DNA of 64,000 nucleotides from Fistulifera solaris (taxonomy: Eukaryota): assembly GCA_030295235.1 (NCBI GenBank), contig AP026132.1:186001-250000 (forward strand), given 5' to 3'. The notes under the pieces are model-generated. The model was not told the DNA's origin and did no database searches. It was given only the letters and a program-made list of their open reading frames with translations. Of this stretch, positions 1 to 11,244 are shown in pieces (the stretch's first letter is position 1; each line of letters opens with the position of its first letter). Position numbers and translations under genes: made by a program.

Positions 1-794
1 TCGGGTCCCATGTTCTTGGCTCGCTTTTGCTTGGCAAACTGGCGCAGCGACTCTACAAAAGCAAAGTCATGGTTCATACGAGTAACGAATGTCGCGACTT
101 GATCGTGTTCGACGTGGATCACTTTCTTAATGGGAATATTCAATCGTTTGAGAACAACCAGTGCCGTTCCTGTACCACCAAACAGATCCAGAACTACCAA
201 GCCTTCCTTTCGCTTGCACTCGGTTTGAATTTGAAAGCGCTTCATAACTTCTTCTGCATAAGAGTCATTCGTCATGAGTAAAGAACCTGGCAACGGCAAG
301 TCACCCATATTGAAATAGCCCGACTCGAGGCGATTTCCTTTCTCGATTGATTCATTCGCTTCAACCGCCGTCACATAAACGTCGACGCTTTTCTTCTCGG
401 TAAAGTCTATACTATCATTTGCCTGCACTTGCATCCCACCGTGACAGCAAAGACGATGAAAATGATCTGTATTGCATGAAAGGAACACACCATCGCACGG
501 AATGTATTCATCATTGTACGCATCGAATATAAGCTTCGTTTTTCTCTTCGGTGAGCAATGACACACGGCACAACAGAAAGGGAAGCTCCGCTCAATTTCT
601 TCATCTGTCTCTATTCGTTTCACATCGTCGTCGACATTGTCGTTCTGCGTGCGTTTGAGTTGTTGCCGTTCCGGAGCAGATTCCTCCTCGACTTCCGAGT
701 CGTCGTCGTCGTCGTCCGGGGATGAATCTACATCGTCCACGGGTAGTTTTTGTTTATGAAAGTACGTAAGACGCTGTCGTTTGGGTCCGGCCAT
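1..794 (-). CDS. DNMT3/DRM-like C5-cytosine DNA methyltransferase, 5' part (runs off the left edge)
   Basis: Manual translation from ATG 794 gives 264 open codons (MAGPKRQRLTY...). It contains an acidic tract, a Cys/His cluster (CCAVCHC...C...C..DHFHRLCCH) and GLVVLDLFGGTGTALVVLKRLNIPIKKVIHVEHDQVA, resembling motif I/II of DNMT3/DRM2. Not in the ORF track. Confidence 0.7.
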   Translation of the reverse strand, partial: MAGPKRQRLTYFHKQKLPVDDVDSSPDDDDDDSEVEEESAPERQQLKRTQNDNVDDDVKRIETDEEIERSFPFCCAVCHCSPKRKTKLIFDAYNDEYIPCDGVFLSCNTDHFHRLCCHGGMQVQANDSIDFTEKKSVDVYVTAVEANESIEKGNRLESGYFNMGDLPLPGSLLMTNDSYAEEVMKRFQIQTECKRKEGLVVLDLFGGTGTALVVLKRLNIPIKKVIHVEHDQVATFVTRMNHDFAFVESLRQFAKQKRAKNMGP

Positions 795-1491
795 GGTTAT
801 GTTTCTTTTCCTTTTAGAAATTCAATGGTTTGCAAAACGAAGGAAAGGATGAACGAGCAAGCGATTGAAGTACAATGCAAATGAACGAAATAATGGCTCT
901 TATTGTTGCTTATTTGGCTATATCGATAGAGCTGGAAAATGCGTCTCGTGACGGAAATCAGTGACGTCTCTTTATTGTGTAGAATTCGTACGAGACGCTA
1001 CGGCAGATGACGGGCGCCCCGCCACGCTGTTTTCTACACCCTGTTCCAAATAAGAGTCAATATTTTTTAAAAACTAACTAGGATCAACCTCTTTGATGAG
1101 AATGTTCATGCCATTATTATTGGTGGGTTCTTTTATGCTTTGTGTTCTACAGCTATTACGCAAAACAGGTGCTGAAGCTGTGTTTAGCTTCCGATACTTG
1201 TTTGAATCTGGGACTAAAACTCTCTATTTAAAGACTATCTGGTCCCTCGTTAAGGTTATAGATAGCCCCGTACCATGTATACCTTACCGGTACAAAATAT
1301 TACAGTAACTATAATGAGAAATGTGTTGCGTACTGAGCGAGTAGCATGAAAAAGAACAAGGCGAAAAACTGTTAAGGAAAAGAAAAAGTCCGCTTGCTGT
1401 CATTCATGTAAATATTTCTTATTTCTTCCGTAACGCATTCACTTGTACGTGTGTTGAGAGTCTTATCAACTCCCGCAAACTCGACCGCACC

Positions 1492-2432
1492 ATGTCGACA
1501 GAAATTCACGAGGACCCGAATGACGACTCCTCCTCGCTCAGCATGATTCCTTCCTTGTTAACACTCCCGTTCGATTGCCGCATCGCCATTTTGCAATGCG
1601 TCCCGAATCTTTCCGATATTGCTTGTACGTGTCGACAGTTGCGGCACGAACGGAATCATCCGTCCCTCGATCCAACGAGAACTGTCACCGTCAGGTTCCG
1701 CGGACCGACTTCGGGGGAAACTTTAGTACAGAGTTTGAAGCAGATGAAAGAGGCTCTCGGAAAGACCGGTTTTCCCCTGGAATTGCAACTCACGGGGTCT
1801 CCCTTTGTCATCCCGACAGATTTCAGTCGCTTTTCGCATTTCGTTCGTCAATGGAGTCTTCCGCAAGTGCGATTGCTCGATTTGTCGAATCGCATTGCGG
1901 AGGATGACGAACCGAAACGGATTGATATTAGTGTCCTCATGTTTCTCGCCATGGTGTTACCCAATTTACTCGAAATTGCATGCAAACCAACCAGTTTTCC
2001 TTGTCGTTTCTGTCGTGGAAATCGCCGCAACTGCGTTGCATCTACTGGAACGCGGCCGGTGTCGATCAACCCGCGTCGGGTTTGCATCTTTCGGCCTGTC
2101 ACAATTTACAAGAATTGTATTTAGACGACTGTATCTTTTCTATCATCGGGGATGACGAAGAGCGCATGTTTGGGGACACGGATGAGGAGGATCGCAGCGA
2201 TGACGACGATGATACCCTGTTTCGATGTTGTCGCAGTCAATTGCAACGCGTGAGCGTACGGAATGCCATGTACCGCGTGTACGATGATCGGCGACAAATC
2301 AAGCCCTTTACACAGTTTTGTTTAATGCGGTTTGTGCGAGCGACGCCCACCTTGCGGTGGTTTGGTAGTGATTTGACGCCCGACAGCTGTCTTCAATTAC
2401 AGCAAGAACGTCCCCATATCCTTTTCGCATAA
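1492..2432 (+). CDS. F-box-like/leucine-rich hypothetical protein (one frameshift near 1980)
   Basis: N-terminal LLTLPFDCRIAILQCV resembles an F-box. LRR-like segments (LSACHNLQELYLDDC). ORFs 1492-2124 and 1980-2432 join by a frameshift. Confidence 0.5.
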
Positions 2433-2498
2433 AAGATACTATACGATGACAGCCAGTCGTTGTTTCATAAATGCTGATAAAAAGAAGAGCTACTTAGC

Positions 2499-3719
2499 TC
2501 ATAATTGACTAGCGAACTCTTTCTCGACAGAAGTCACTAAATTTGACAAAATTTGCACTTGCCGTTGGCGTCCATTCACAAACAGGGCTTGATCGTCCCG
2601 AAGGGTGATTAAATGACGGCGTCCTCCTTCCATCTCTCGCGACTTCTCTTCCACCTTGGTCGCCCACTGTTCCTCTTCGTAATGAACAAAGACGGAATAG
2701 TCTCCCATCATTTGGAGGCCCGGCACCGATTCCCATGCCGCGTAGTCTTCCATACCCGGGACGACCCGAGGATCATCCCATTCTTTCCAGCAAGCGGTTT
2801 GCATCCATCGTCCGGTGAGGATCGCTCCCGCACTGGATCCAATATAAAAGCTGTTCGAACGCAATTGCAGCAAATCTTTATCCCAGTCACCTTTTTTCAT
2901 GCAATGATGCAACCAAAATGTATTGCCTCCTTGGACATAGACAAGATGCGGTGACCATTCATTGAATACTTGTTTGCCCTGTGTAGGAATGGTAGCAAGG
3001 TCCAACGGACAATATTGACTTTGTTGTGGTTGTTTGACGGATCCATCGTCCCAATCGACGGTACAGATTTGCACCGGAATCATTGAATCATGCTGTGAAT
3101 GCGTCATTAATTCTTGCAGCAATCGAAACAATTCATCCCGTCGTTGTTTGGCATCGGCACGGGCGCGTTGACGTTGTTTTCCGGATGTATTTTGCGATTC
3201 CGGTCGTAATGCATACATGGCGGTCGGTACATATGCCACACGCAAAACTGTGTTTGGAAGAAGGGACGCGTAGTCCTTTTCTGTGAAACAGTTCCAAAAG
3301 ACTTCCAAAGGATCGTCGATATCGTCATCCAGTTTCGATATAGCCTCATCCAATTGTTCCAAACAGAACCAAGCTGCCACATTGGTCGGTCCACAACAAG
3401 GACTGAAGGTTGCCGATTGTTGAACGATGCTTTCGACGTGCCGAATGGCCTCGAGGACTAAGGTTCGAATCAACCCTCGACGGAGGACCTCTTGTGCGAC
3501 GACATTGTTCCGTAAGCCATCCGTAAAGGAAGACAGCAATAAGCCGTGCGATAATTCCCATTCATCGTCTTCTGCAAGCAAAGATGTCGAGAAACGGCTC
3601 AAAGACCGCCTTATGACTCGAAATGATCGATTGCAAGTAAAGGAATAAACGCTTGGCAACCAGAATAGTGTCGACCACCAGCAAAACGTCGCGAGGATCC
3701 CATGTCGAGAAAGTAGCAT
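2499..3719 (-). CDS. Peptidase family S51 (PepE/cyanophycinase-like), with signal/transit-like N-terminus
   Basis: Motifs YVPTA, VQGGNTFWL, nucleophile elbow YIGSSAGA and FVHY. Hydrophobic N-terminus followed by VYS-FT and an R/S-rich stretch. Confidence 0.75.
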   Translation of the reverse strand: MLLSRHGILATFCWWSTLFWLPSVYSFTCNRSFRVIRRSLSRFSTSLLAEDDEWELSHGLLLSSFTDGLRNNVVAQEVLRRGLIRTLVLEAIRHVESIVQQSATFSPCCGPTNVAAWFCLEQLDEAISKLDDDIDDPLEVFWNCFTEKDYASLLPNTVLRVAYVPTAMYALRPESQNTSGKQRQRARADAKQRRDELFRLLQELMTHSQHDSMIPVQICTVDWDDGSVKQPQQSQYCPLDLATIPTQGKQVFNEWSPHLVYVQGGNTFWLHHCMKKGDWDKDLLQLRSNSFYIGSSAGAILTGRWMQTACWKEWDDPRVVPGMEDYAAWESVPGLQMMGDYSVFVHYEEEQWATKVEEKSREMEGGRRHLITLRDDQALFVNGRQRQVQILSNLVTSVEKEFASQL

Positions 3720-4159
3720 TGCCTTTCTTCTAGTTAATGTTTTATTTGTTGGCTCAATGTGTTATTGATTATGTTGAATGAACAGAACGAAAAGTGAGCG
3801 ATGGCGATGACGGACGCGACGATGGAAAAATTCTGCTTGGCCAGAAAGTGGTGCGACGTTCTATCACGTTTTGATGCTCCGAAAAGATTATGTCGAAGGG
3901 CATAGCAGTTGATCAAATCAATAAGCCTCCAAACTAGATTATAAAGATCTTTTCGAACAAAACTTTACTGTCAAAGGCACTGCTTGGTCAATTAGCACGA
4001 ATGATTGTAATTTTACAACCTAGTTTTTCATTTTCAAATTTTGGGACTGAACGTAGGTTGAGTCGGATTTTTGATCGCCGCAACTAGATCTATAAGTATG
4101 ACAGCAGCGACGCAGCAATCAATTCCATTCTCATTTTTGTACATTAAGCTTGCATTGTT

Positions 4160-7016
4160 TTAGACGACAGGTATAGATGCGTCCACCATTCGCAAGAGTG
4201 CTGACAGTCGTTGTTTCTCCGACTTGCTGAAACCATTATTGTGACCACAATGCAAATTCAAAAAACAGCCCGTAGAGTAGGGAGAAGAGTCTTGAAGATT
4301 ACGAGACGATTGGTACAGAGCGACAGAAGCAGTGATTCGTTCCTGAGCGTACTGTAACATTCCAATGATATATCCCATTTCATGCGATACCGAGGACAAC
4401 GAATCGTCCGTATTGTGTTCCAGTAAAAGCGAAAGACGTTCCAACACTTCGGGAATCGGTTTGGGAAACACCTTCGTCGGTGGGCTTTCTTGTTGCTGAT
4501 ATCCCGCTGGTCGTTCGTCAAAGTCGGCCGGCACAATGGTTAGGGGCCTTGTAGGATCGGACGACAAGCGTCGTTCCGCATGGCCGACCACGGTTTGACC
4601 TCCAAATACAAGCAGAGAACAAAGCCATGTCACGGTGGTATCGTGTCCTCGTTTCACCGATGCACCCAATGTACTACCCGTCAATCCACTGCAACAGGAC
4701 AAAACGGTCCACGCTTGAACCACGACGGGGTGAGAACCCGGCAGTCCTTCGCCATCAATGTCGAGTCCATTTGACAATGCTCTCCTCGCGACCTTTCCGA
4801 TTCGCTTACAACACGCGGCAAAGTGGAAGGCTTCTTCCATCGTTATAAAACGATCTGAAGGCCAGCTTGGGGCCCGTGGGTGAAAGGATGAAGATACATA
4901 CCGAGAGTCATTAACGCATACGTCTTCCCAGTTCGCCATTCGGTAATGCAAGGGTTCTTCAGTGAACCAGCCAATACCCCTAGTAGCCGATGCTGAAGCC
5001 TTACTTCCACGATAAAGTTCTTTCCAAAGTGCTATTCCTGACCTCAGACTCGCCGAGTCGGAAATGATGACATCTGCCGCGTCATTAGCGACTACTTTAG
5101 GACAAGAAGCGGCCAAAAGGGCCCCATGACATCGCTGTTCCAAAAGGGGGCCAAAGCTCGAATCGCATACCCACTCCAGCCGCCCACTAATCGCTGTGCC
5201 ACGGACTCTAGATTACAAAACGTACGATCGCAAATCAGCAAACTGATTTTGCTTTGAGTCCCTGGCATTTGAGATAGGCGGTGACCCACACCGGATGCAG
5301 CGACACCGCCGATGCTCTCTCCATGCACCACAAGCTTTTGTATACCGAGGTCGTTAAGCAAGTGTAAGGCAACTGTCGTTCCGTCTTCCCTTAAAGTGTC
5401 CGTGGTCGGACGAAATGAAAGAAACGAAGATTTGAAAACTCGTTTCAATCGTGACCAAAATCCAGGGTAATAATGTTCGTCAGCTCTTTGTCCCGACAAG
5501 CAAAAGGTGGAACCAAAGCTTCGTCCATAACCAGCGTAATTGAATGTGTAAAAGTCGTATCCCTGAGCGGTATAAAAATCGGCCCAGCTATGATCGTGTG
5601 TATTGTTGTCAGGATCGGCCGTGGGAACATTACCGCCCACGAGACTCATGCCAGTTGCGACCTCGATCAACCCCGCGTTTGGGTTGCAGTACAGAACGGC
5701 CTTTGAGTTGCGAGTTCCTTGTGACGTTTGGCCTCTCGCAGGAAAGAGAAGAACGTCTAACATACCACCCGAAGGGCGTCGGACCCAAAACTGCGTGGCT
5801 CCACGATAGCGACTCATCATGCATCCACGCTGCAAATCGAAGCAAAATATAGAATTATGAGGCGGCGGATCGATCATGGGTATCAGTGAACTCAATCCTG
5901 ATTTGACAAAATCAACCAGCGATCCATTCTGTTCCTCAATACGCCTTCGAATCGCATCGGCGGGATCCTCCTCGCCCCTGTCGTCGCTGCTTTCGGTTGT
6001 CGTAGCCACCGGTTTCAGAGAAGTAACAAAGTCGCGAAATTCCATCATCACCGAAAGTAATTGTTTGGCAATTTTGCGGCTTTCGTCACTCATTTGAGAA
6101 GTTGGCTTTCGAGCGCCTGGCTCCAATATAGATTTGGCGCTCGCTTCAAACTCATCCATGAGATGAATAATGGTCGATAGCTGTTCGAGCAACGTTCTTC
6201 CGTCAGCCCGGGCTTGTAACTAGGAGTCAAGAGTGAAACAAGTGAGGTTTCTGACCGTACAGCATCGTTGGAAAGATAGTCTATACCTACCGTCAATCCC
6301 GACAAATCACCCAAATCGCCCGTCAGTTTATTATTTCCAAATCTCGTCAAATCTGCTACCTTTGGATGCGTAGCGGAAGGAGGTTGGCGGAATAGGTACA
6401 GCAAGGACTCCAGGTAGACACCCAGCACTCGGTCTTTGTACGATAGAGCGTGATTCCATTGAGATGCAACGTCACCTCTGGATATACTGGAACCTTCGGA
6501 AGATCCAGGAACGATCACCGAAAGAACTTCGATAATCGCATTGGAAGCCGCTAAAAGCATCCGAACCGAATATTTGGAAAATTCATTCTCGATTTCCTTG
6601 ACCACGCCGCTGTTGCTCCCCGGAAACGCAATCATTCGAATAAATGCGCGTCCACCAAAGATGATAGCACTCATCAGAATCGTATAGACACCCCATTCCG
6701 ACACAGCGAGAGCTAAGAGATAAAAAGGGAACCAGATGGAAACAAACAGTAGATAGAGTGCGACGAATACCAGTGAAGTAATCTTCCCATTGTGGACGAA
6801 CAAGTGAAACACCGAGGGAAGCGCATCCGCGATACAGCGCGTTTGCAGGATTCGAATCAAAGCCAACCGAAGAGGCGCTGGAATCGACATGAGCCGTGGA
6901 TCCGACGTCGTCGTCGTTTCCATCCCCAATGTAGAGTTCCCAAATGTATACAGATCGCTACCTCCTTCTTCCGTCAAGGCTAAATCGTGTCGCAAAAGTG
7001 GCGCAAGGAGCGCCAC
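4160..7016 (-). CDS. Membrane-anchored alpha/beta-hydrolase-fold protein (start uncertain; intron 6220-6290; frameshift near 5125)
   Basis: N-terminal hydrophobic helices, then VLYCNPNA, FNYAGYGRS, VHGESIGG (GxSxG) and CDRTF. The GT..AG intron joins ORFs 6090-7016 and 5092-6192 in frame. Confidence 0.65.
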
Positions 7017-7521
7017 GTTATTGTCTCGTTCCGTCGAATGCAGTCTTTCAGTGAAGCGCGAGTGAGTCCTATCGAATCACTCGACGATGGATTAAAAGGA
7101 AAATAAAATATATTTGCACAGACAAGTATCCATGCGCAGGAACATTATAGGACAGCAACAACAACAGTGTGCGATCCTTGAAATAAACTATTACAAAAAT
7201 AATACTATACCGTTGAACTGTAGTAACGTTGAGTTGTACTATGTCATTTTAAACACGATAGGACATCAAAATAATTGGTTGCATTATTTAGTTTAAGGCT
7301 CGCTTCATTTTTCTATTTTGCGGCTTCTGCCTTCTGACCTATGAAATCGCTATGCTATCGTATGATTCGCTATGTTATTGATAGTCTGGAGAGTCTAGAG
7401 AGAAGGTAATCGAGTGCTGACTTCAAGTTTGGTCGCATCTTTTGATGTTTTTTAGAACAGTCGAAGAAAGCATTTCGGCATTATTGTAAATTTAGCAAGC
7501 GTTAGCATCTTGTGTTTGCAT

Positions 7522-8538
7522 CTATCGACTACCCGTCCCGTACTTCTCGTCATCACCGGGCATTCCGAATTTAGATCCGTCCAAAACTTCCATTGTTCCC
7601 AACAATCCACTCCATTGTGGCTGACCAGTCGCCCGTCGTAATATTTTTCCATTCTTCTTGATAATCAGAGTGATTCCTTTCTCACATACATCGAAACCTT
7701 GTCCGATGGCTGTCTTTATTTCTGGTTCCAGTACTTCCGCCCACGCCATTGGACCTCTCGGAAATCCGACAACTTCATTGGCCCTGTTTACATCAAAGTT
7801 TCTATCTCTGTCTCCCTCGGGAGTTGTGTCTTTCCAACAAGAACTCGTATCGCCCACCCGCACTACATCCGCTCGAGCGTCTTGTAACAACACTGGTACA
7901 AGAAGTATATCGGCGGCCTGTATGGCCTCGGGAAGAGTGTTCTTGTCGGCCAATTGATCCGAGTTCAACGATCGACATAACTCGGCAATGTACTCCTTGC
8001 CACCCGCCGCAATTAAAACGCGGGAACTCCGTCGGTAGTCTGACAAGGTCGCAATATCACTTTCATCCGACGCTCGCTGTACGACCAGCTTGGCCAAAGC
8101 CCCACCCTGCTTGATCCGAGCTAAATTCGATTCACCCGCTTTCCAGTCGCGGTACGTAATCGCCGCACAGGCCGCGACGGCAACTACATTAATGGCAATG
8201 GACTGCATCGCTTCTTCCATGGGAGGCGCGTCGGAATATCCAGCGTAAGCTTTCACTCCCGTAAGTAACGAAAAATAGAATGCCACCAACGCCGACAATG
8301 TGCTACTGCCAAAGAAAAACAAACGCACCGTACGAAAGGGAGATTCCACTTCTTCCCGGAGACGCTGTTTCGCAGTGTATCCGCCAAATGTTTCTTCTAA
8401 ATTTCGTTTCTCTTTCAGGCTACAGTCACGGGTTACCGTCATCGGTTGCAAAGAACTCGAGTGAGGAGGAGGAACAAACGCTGTCGCTATGGCTACATAG
8501 CAAGCCGCCAGCGTCAGCCCCAACAGGCTTCTATGCAT
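7522..8538 (-). CDS. LPA1-like (DUF3493) plastid protein, photosystem II assembly factor-like
   Basis: Signal peptide with ATA-FVPP plastid motif from Met 8538. RLREEVESPFRTVRLFFFG followed by two TM helices. C-terminal IIKKNGKILRRATGQPQW. Confidence 0.7.
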   Translation of the reverse strand: MHRSLLGLTLAACYVAIATAFVPPPHSSSLQPMTVTRDCSLKEKRNLEETFGGYTAKQRLREEVESPFRTVRLFFFGSSTLSALVAFYFSLLTGVKAYAGYSDAPPMEEAMQSIAINVVAVAACAAITYRDWKAGESNLARIKQGGALAKLVVQRASDESDIATLSDYRRSSRVLIAAGGKEYIAELCRSLNSDQLADKNTLPEAIQAADILLVPVLLQDARADVVRVGDTSSCWKDTTPEGDRDRNFDVNRANEVVGFPRGPMAWAEVLEPEIKTAIGQGFDVCEKGITLIIKKNGKILRRATGQPQWSGLLGTMEVLDGSKFGMPGDDEKYGTGSR

Positions 8539-8756
8539 ATTCCGCACGATCATCTTGCAGGATAATACACTACAAGAACAACTTTCTTCTCTGCAAAATG
8601 GAAAGTCAAGTTGGCATCGCTTTCTCGTTATTATTATGCGCTGGGCGCTGGCGTGTATTTGACGTGTCATTCCATCGAATTTGCGGATTGACGTCACACC
8701 CTAATCATGACTCAAAACATTACCAGTCGTGATGAAAAAGGTGTTCTACAGTTCAG

Positions 8757-9010
8757 GGATACCTGCAAAAAATTCGCGGTGGTGCGTACGGCGACGGTTC
8801 AGAAGTCCGAAAGGTCTAGAACTCTTTCTGGTTAACATATTTTCGCAATAGGCATGAAGGTTTATTGTATATAGAATAAGTCAGAAAGCGGTACTCACTG
8901 GAGGTTGATCACTACTAATGCTTTCTGAATTGATTTTCTATTTCTGAACCGCCTTATTCGACTGTCGACCGCGTCTTCGCCAAACTTGCACCACTTCGCC
9001 GCACGTTCGA
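8757..9010 (+). repeat. Left TIR of the Harbinger-like element
   Basis: Aligns with the reverse complement of 14078-14324, with scattered substitutions and small indels. Confidence 0.92.
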
Positions 9011-9142
9011 GTCGCGGTCGCGTCGCGGTCGCGTCGCGTCGCGGTCTCTCGCGAAATGCGACCGCGCGACCGATTTGCGACAGCTTGCGACCAGCGCGAC
9101 CGATTTGCGACAGCGTGCGACCAGCGCGACCGATTTGCGGCC
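9011..9142. repeat. Left subterminal GTCGC/GCGAC array, including a 30-bp tandem unit (about 2.5 copies)
   Basis: GTCGC run at 9011-9042. GCGAC starts at 9058, 9066, 9077, 9087, 9096, 9107, 9117 and 9126. Confidence 0.9.
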
Positions 9143-9203
9143 ATATTCTACGTGGACATTCTATTCATTAAAATGGAGAAACTGCAATGAAATTTATTTC
9201 AAA

Positions 9204-10112
9204 TTAAACCTCGAACAAAATGGACCCGTTTTCCAATTGGTACTGCTGTGTAACAACCACAGCGCGAAAAGCATGGCCGTGCTTTTGCATCAAAGGCCGG
9301 TGGCGGAAGGTTTTATCAAGAATTCCAAATTTCTTGAGTCTTCCGTTGTAACTTTCGTGGCGAGATCTAGCACACCCTTTGAAGTCCTTTACTTCATCGC
9401 CATCAAAGTCGTTCGGCAGCGAAAGCTTCTCTTGCTCGGCGAGTACACTAGTGCGGTAGCCTCTATCTGCAATGGCCAGCTTACCCGGAATCATCTGCTG
9501 AAGCAAACCGCCCTCTCGAAGGATGGTAAGGTCGTGCCTGCCACCTGGATGCGGCCCATTCATCCAAACGCACTTGGGTTCGAAAATCGACAGGGCAACC
9601 TCATACTTGACAGCACCATGGTTGAACTTTTGTGAGAAAAACTGTCTGTCAATTGGTAAAGTGTCATGCTGGGGCTCCGTGCACTTGAAGTCGGTACCAT
9701 CAACTGTAATGATGAATCGTTCCGATGCTGGATCGTCAAAGCGACTCGGCCACACTATTTTCAACTGCGCCAGTAGCGCAATTCTTTCAATCCAGCGCCA
9801 CATCATGCGTCCGCGAACGTAGAACTGATTAATCTTGAAAGAACGAGCCATCTCTCTTACGTTCTTGGGGTAAGTGAACATGAAACAATGTGCTCGTAAG
9901 AAGAAATCGAATCCCCACTCTTTTTTCTCTCTTTCAGTTAAACGGACAAGATTTGACGTGACAAGATCATGCCACATCTTTGCCAATACTAAGGGAGTTG
10001 AACCGTAAATCGATTTGAACTCGTCCACCGCCCACTGTCGCGACTTTCCTTCGGTCCAAACGCCCCGGATATGGAGACCTCTCACCAAGACATCGTCTTC
10101 AGAGAATAACAT
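9204..10112 (-). CDS. Harbinger/HARBI1-like DDE transposase (about 302 aa)
   Basis: Motifs ITVDGTD, FSQKFNHGAVKYEV, GPHPGGRHD, IADRGY and ARSRHESYNGRLKKFGIL. The D-D-E triad is intact and the frame uninterrupted. Likely start MLFSEDD at 10112. Confidence 0.9.
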   Translation of the reverse strand: MLFSEDDVLVRGLHIRGVWTEGKSRQWAVDEFKSIYGSTPLVLAKMWHDLVTSNLVRLTEREKKEWGFDFFLRAHCFMFTYPKNVREMARSFKINQFYVRGRMMWRWIERIALLAQLKIVWPSRFDDPASERFIITVDGTDFKCTEPQHDTLPIDRQFFSQKFNHGAVKYEVALSIFEPKCVWMNGPHPGGRHDLTILREGGLLQQMIPGKLAIADRGYRTSVLAEQEKLSLPNDFDGDEVKDFKGCARSRHESYNGRLKKFGILDKTFRHRPLMQKHGHAFRAVVVTQQYQLENGSILFEV

Positions 10113-10434
10113 CGTTGCAGTTTTGTCACCTTGTCGCTTGATCGAATTTTGTGAGATTGCGCCGTATAAAGCTGCCTGCCGTTCCGCGATCGACGCGCCA
10201 TCAGAGCCACATCGATAGTAGACGACGCATGTTTTCTTTAAATGTAAAACATAAATTTGTATCAAGCTTATGAATCATGGTGACATTGATAGGGCTAATA
10301 TTTAATGCAGATAAAACAACTTTTCGTCTTATTGTAAGAACCGTTAGAATAGCTTTTTGTCTCATTTTGTAAGATTTTGTCGCGTCGCGAGAAACCCGTG
10401 CGCGATGAAGGATCTCATTTTCCACAAAATCGAA

Positions 10435-11136
10435 ATGGCAAGCAGAGGAAGAATCAATTGGCGCTCAAGTCAAGCTCGCCAGATAATCATCAATGACATA
10501 GAAAATGGAGTTCTTCTAGAAGAGATGACTGCGGCGGAGGCTTGGGAAATATACAGGGTCATGCCTGAGTTTTCTAACGTTTCATTCCGACAGTTTCGCG
10601 AACGTCTGGCTGATCATCGACGTCAAGCGAAAAAGATTGACTGGAGAAACAGCGATGCCCGACAAATCATTCTTTGTGACCTTGAGAGTGGGTATCTACC
10701 TTTAGACGAAGAGGAGCTGTCGGCTGAAGAGGCTTGGGAGACGGTCTACAAATACATGGACAAATTTGCCGACGTTCCATTTTTCCAGTTTAAAGAGAAG
10801 CTTGCCGATCATAGAGCCCAAGCTCAGAAGTACCATTTGACGTCGTTGAGAGATGAAGGCGCACTACTTCATGACCGCATGCTCTACCCACAATCTACAC
10901 ACAACGCACGAGGAGAAAGAGTGTTTGCAGTATCTCCAGCTTTGTCCCTACTTCGTCAAGACATCGAGGCAGGGCTGCATGAGAGAATGAGCTCGGCGCA
11001 GTTGTACCATCATCGCCCAGAGTACGCTGCATTTGTCCAAAGCATTTTTTACCATCGCATTTACCAAGAGATTCGGCGACAGAAGTACGTAAACTACTGC
11101 AAGCAGAAGAAAGGGAAGTACAATAGACCTCTTTAA
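10435..11136 (+). CDS. Transposon accessory ORF2: three tandem ~60-aa helical repeats, putative DNA-binding protein
   Basis: Transcribed divergently from the transposase. Repeats INWRSSQARQIIINDIENG..FRERLADHR, IDWRNSDARQIILCDLESG..FKEKLADHR and FAVSPALSLLRQDIEAG..RPEY..FYHRIYQE. Basic C-terminus. Confidence 0.75.
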   Translation: MASRGRINWRSSQARQIIINDIENGVLLEEMTAAEAWEIYRVMPEFSNVSFRQFRERLADHRRQAKKIDWRNSDARQIILCDLESGYLPLDEEELSAEEAWETVYKYMDKFADVPFFQFKEKLADHRAQAQKYHLTSLRDEGALLHDRMLYPQSTHNARGERVFAVSPALSLLRQDIEAGLHERMSSAQLYHHRPEYAAFVQSIFYHRIYQEIRRQKYVNYCKQKKGKYNRPL

Positions 11137-11244
11137 CTTTAGCATCGTAATCATTAGAGTCTTCAATTTCATCCTACTGCTGCTGTAATAAGATTAACTG
11201 TGACGCGAGCCTTTTATAGACTAAACTGGAAATGGCTGTGCTGA

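Noticed and set aside
8757..9010. TIR as a hidden coding sequence
   Set aside because: The frames I checked contain stop codons, and the short ORFs listed nearby arise from the repeats.
9058..9142. 30-bp repeats (and the 28317-28404 array) as CRISPR-like arrays
   Set aside because: No unique spacers and no cas genes; both are transposon subterminal repeats.
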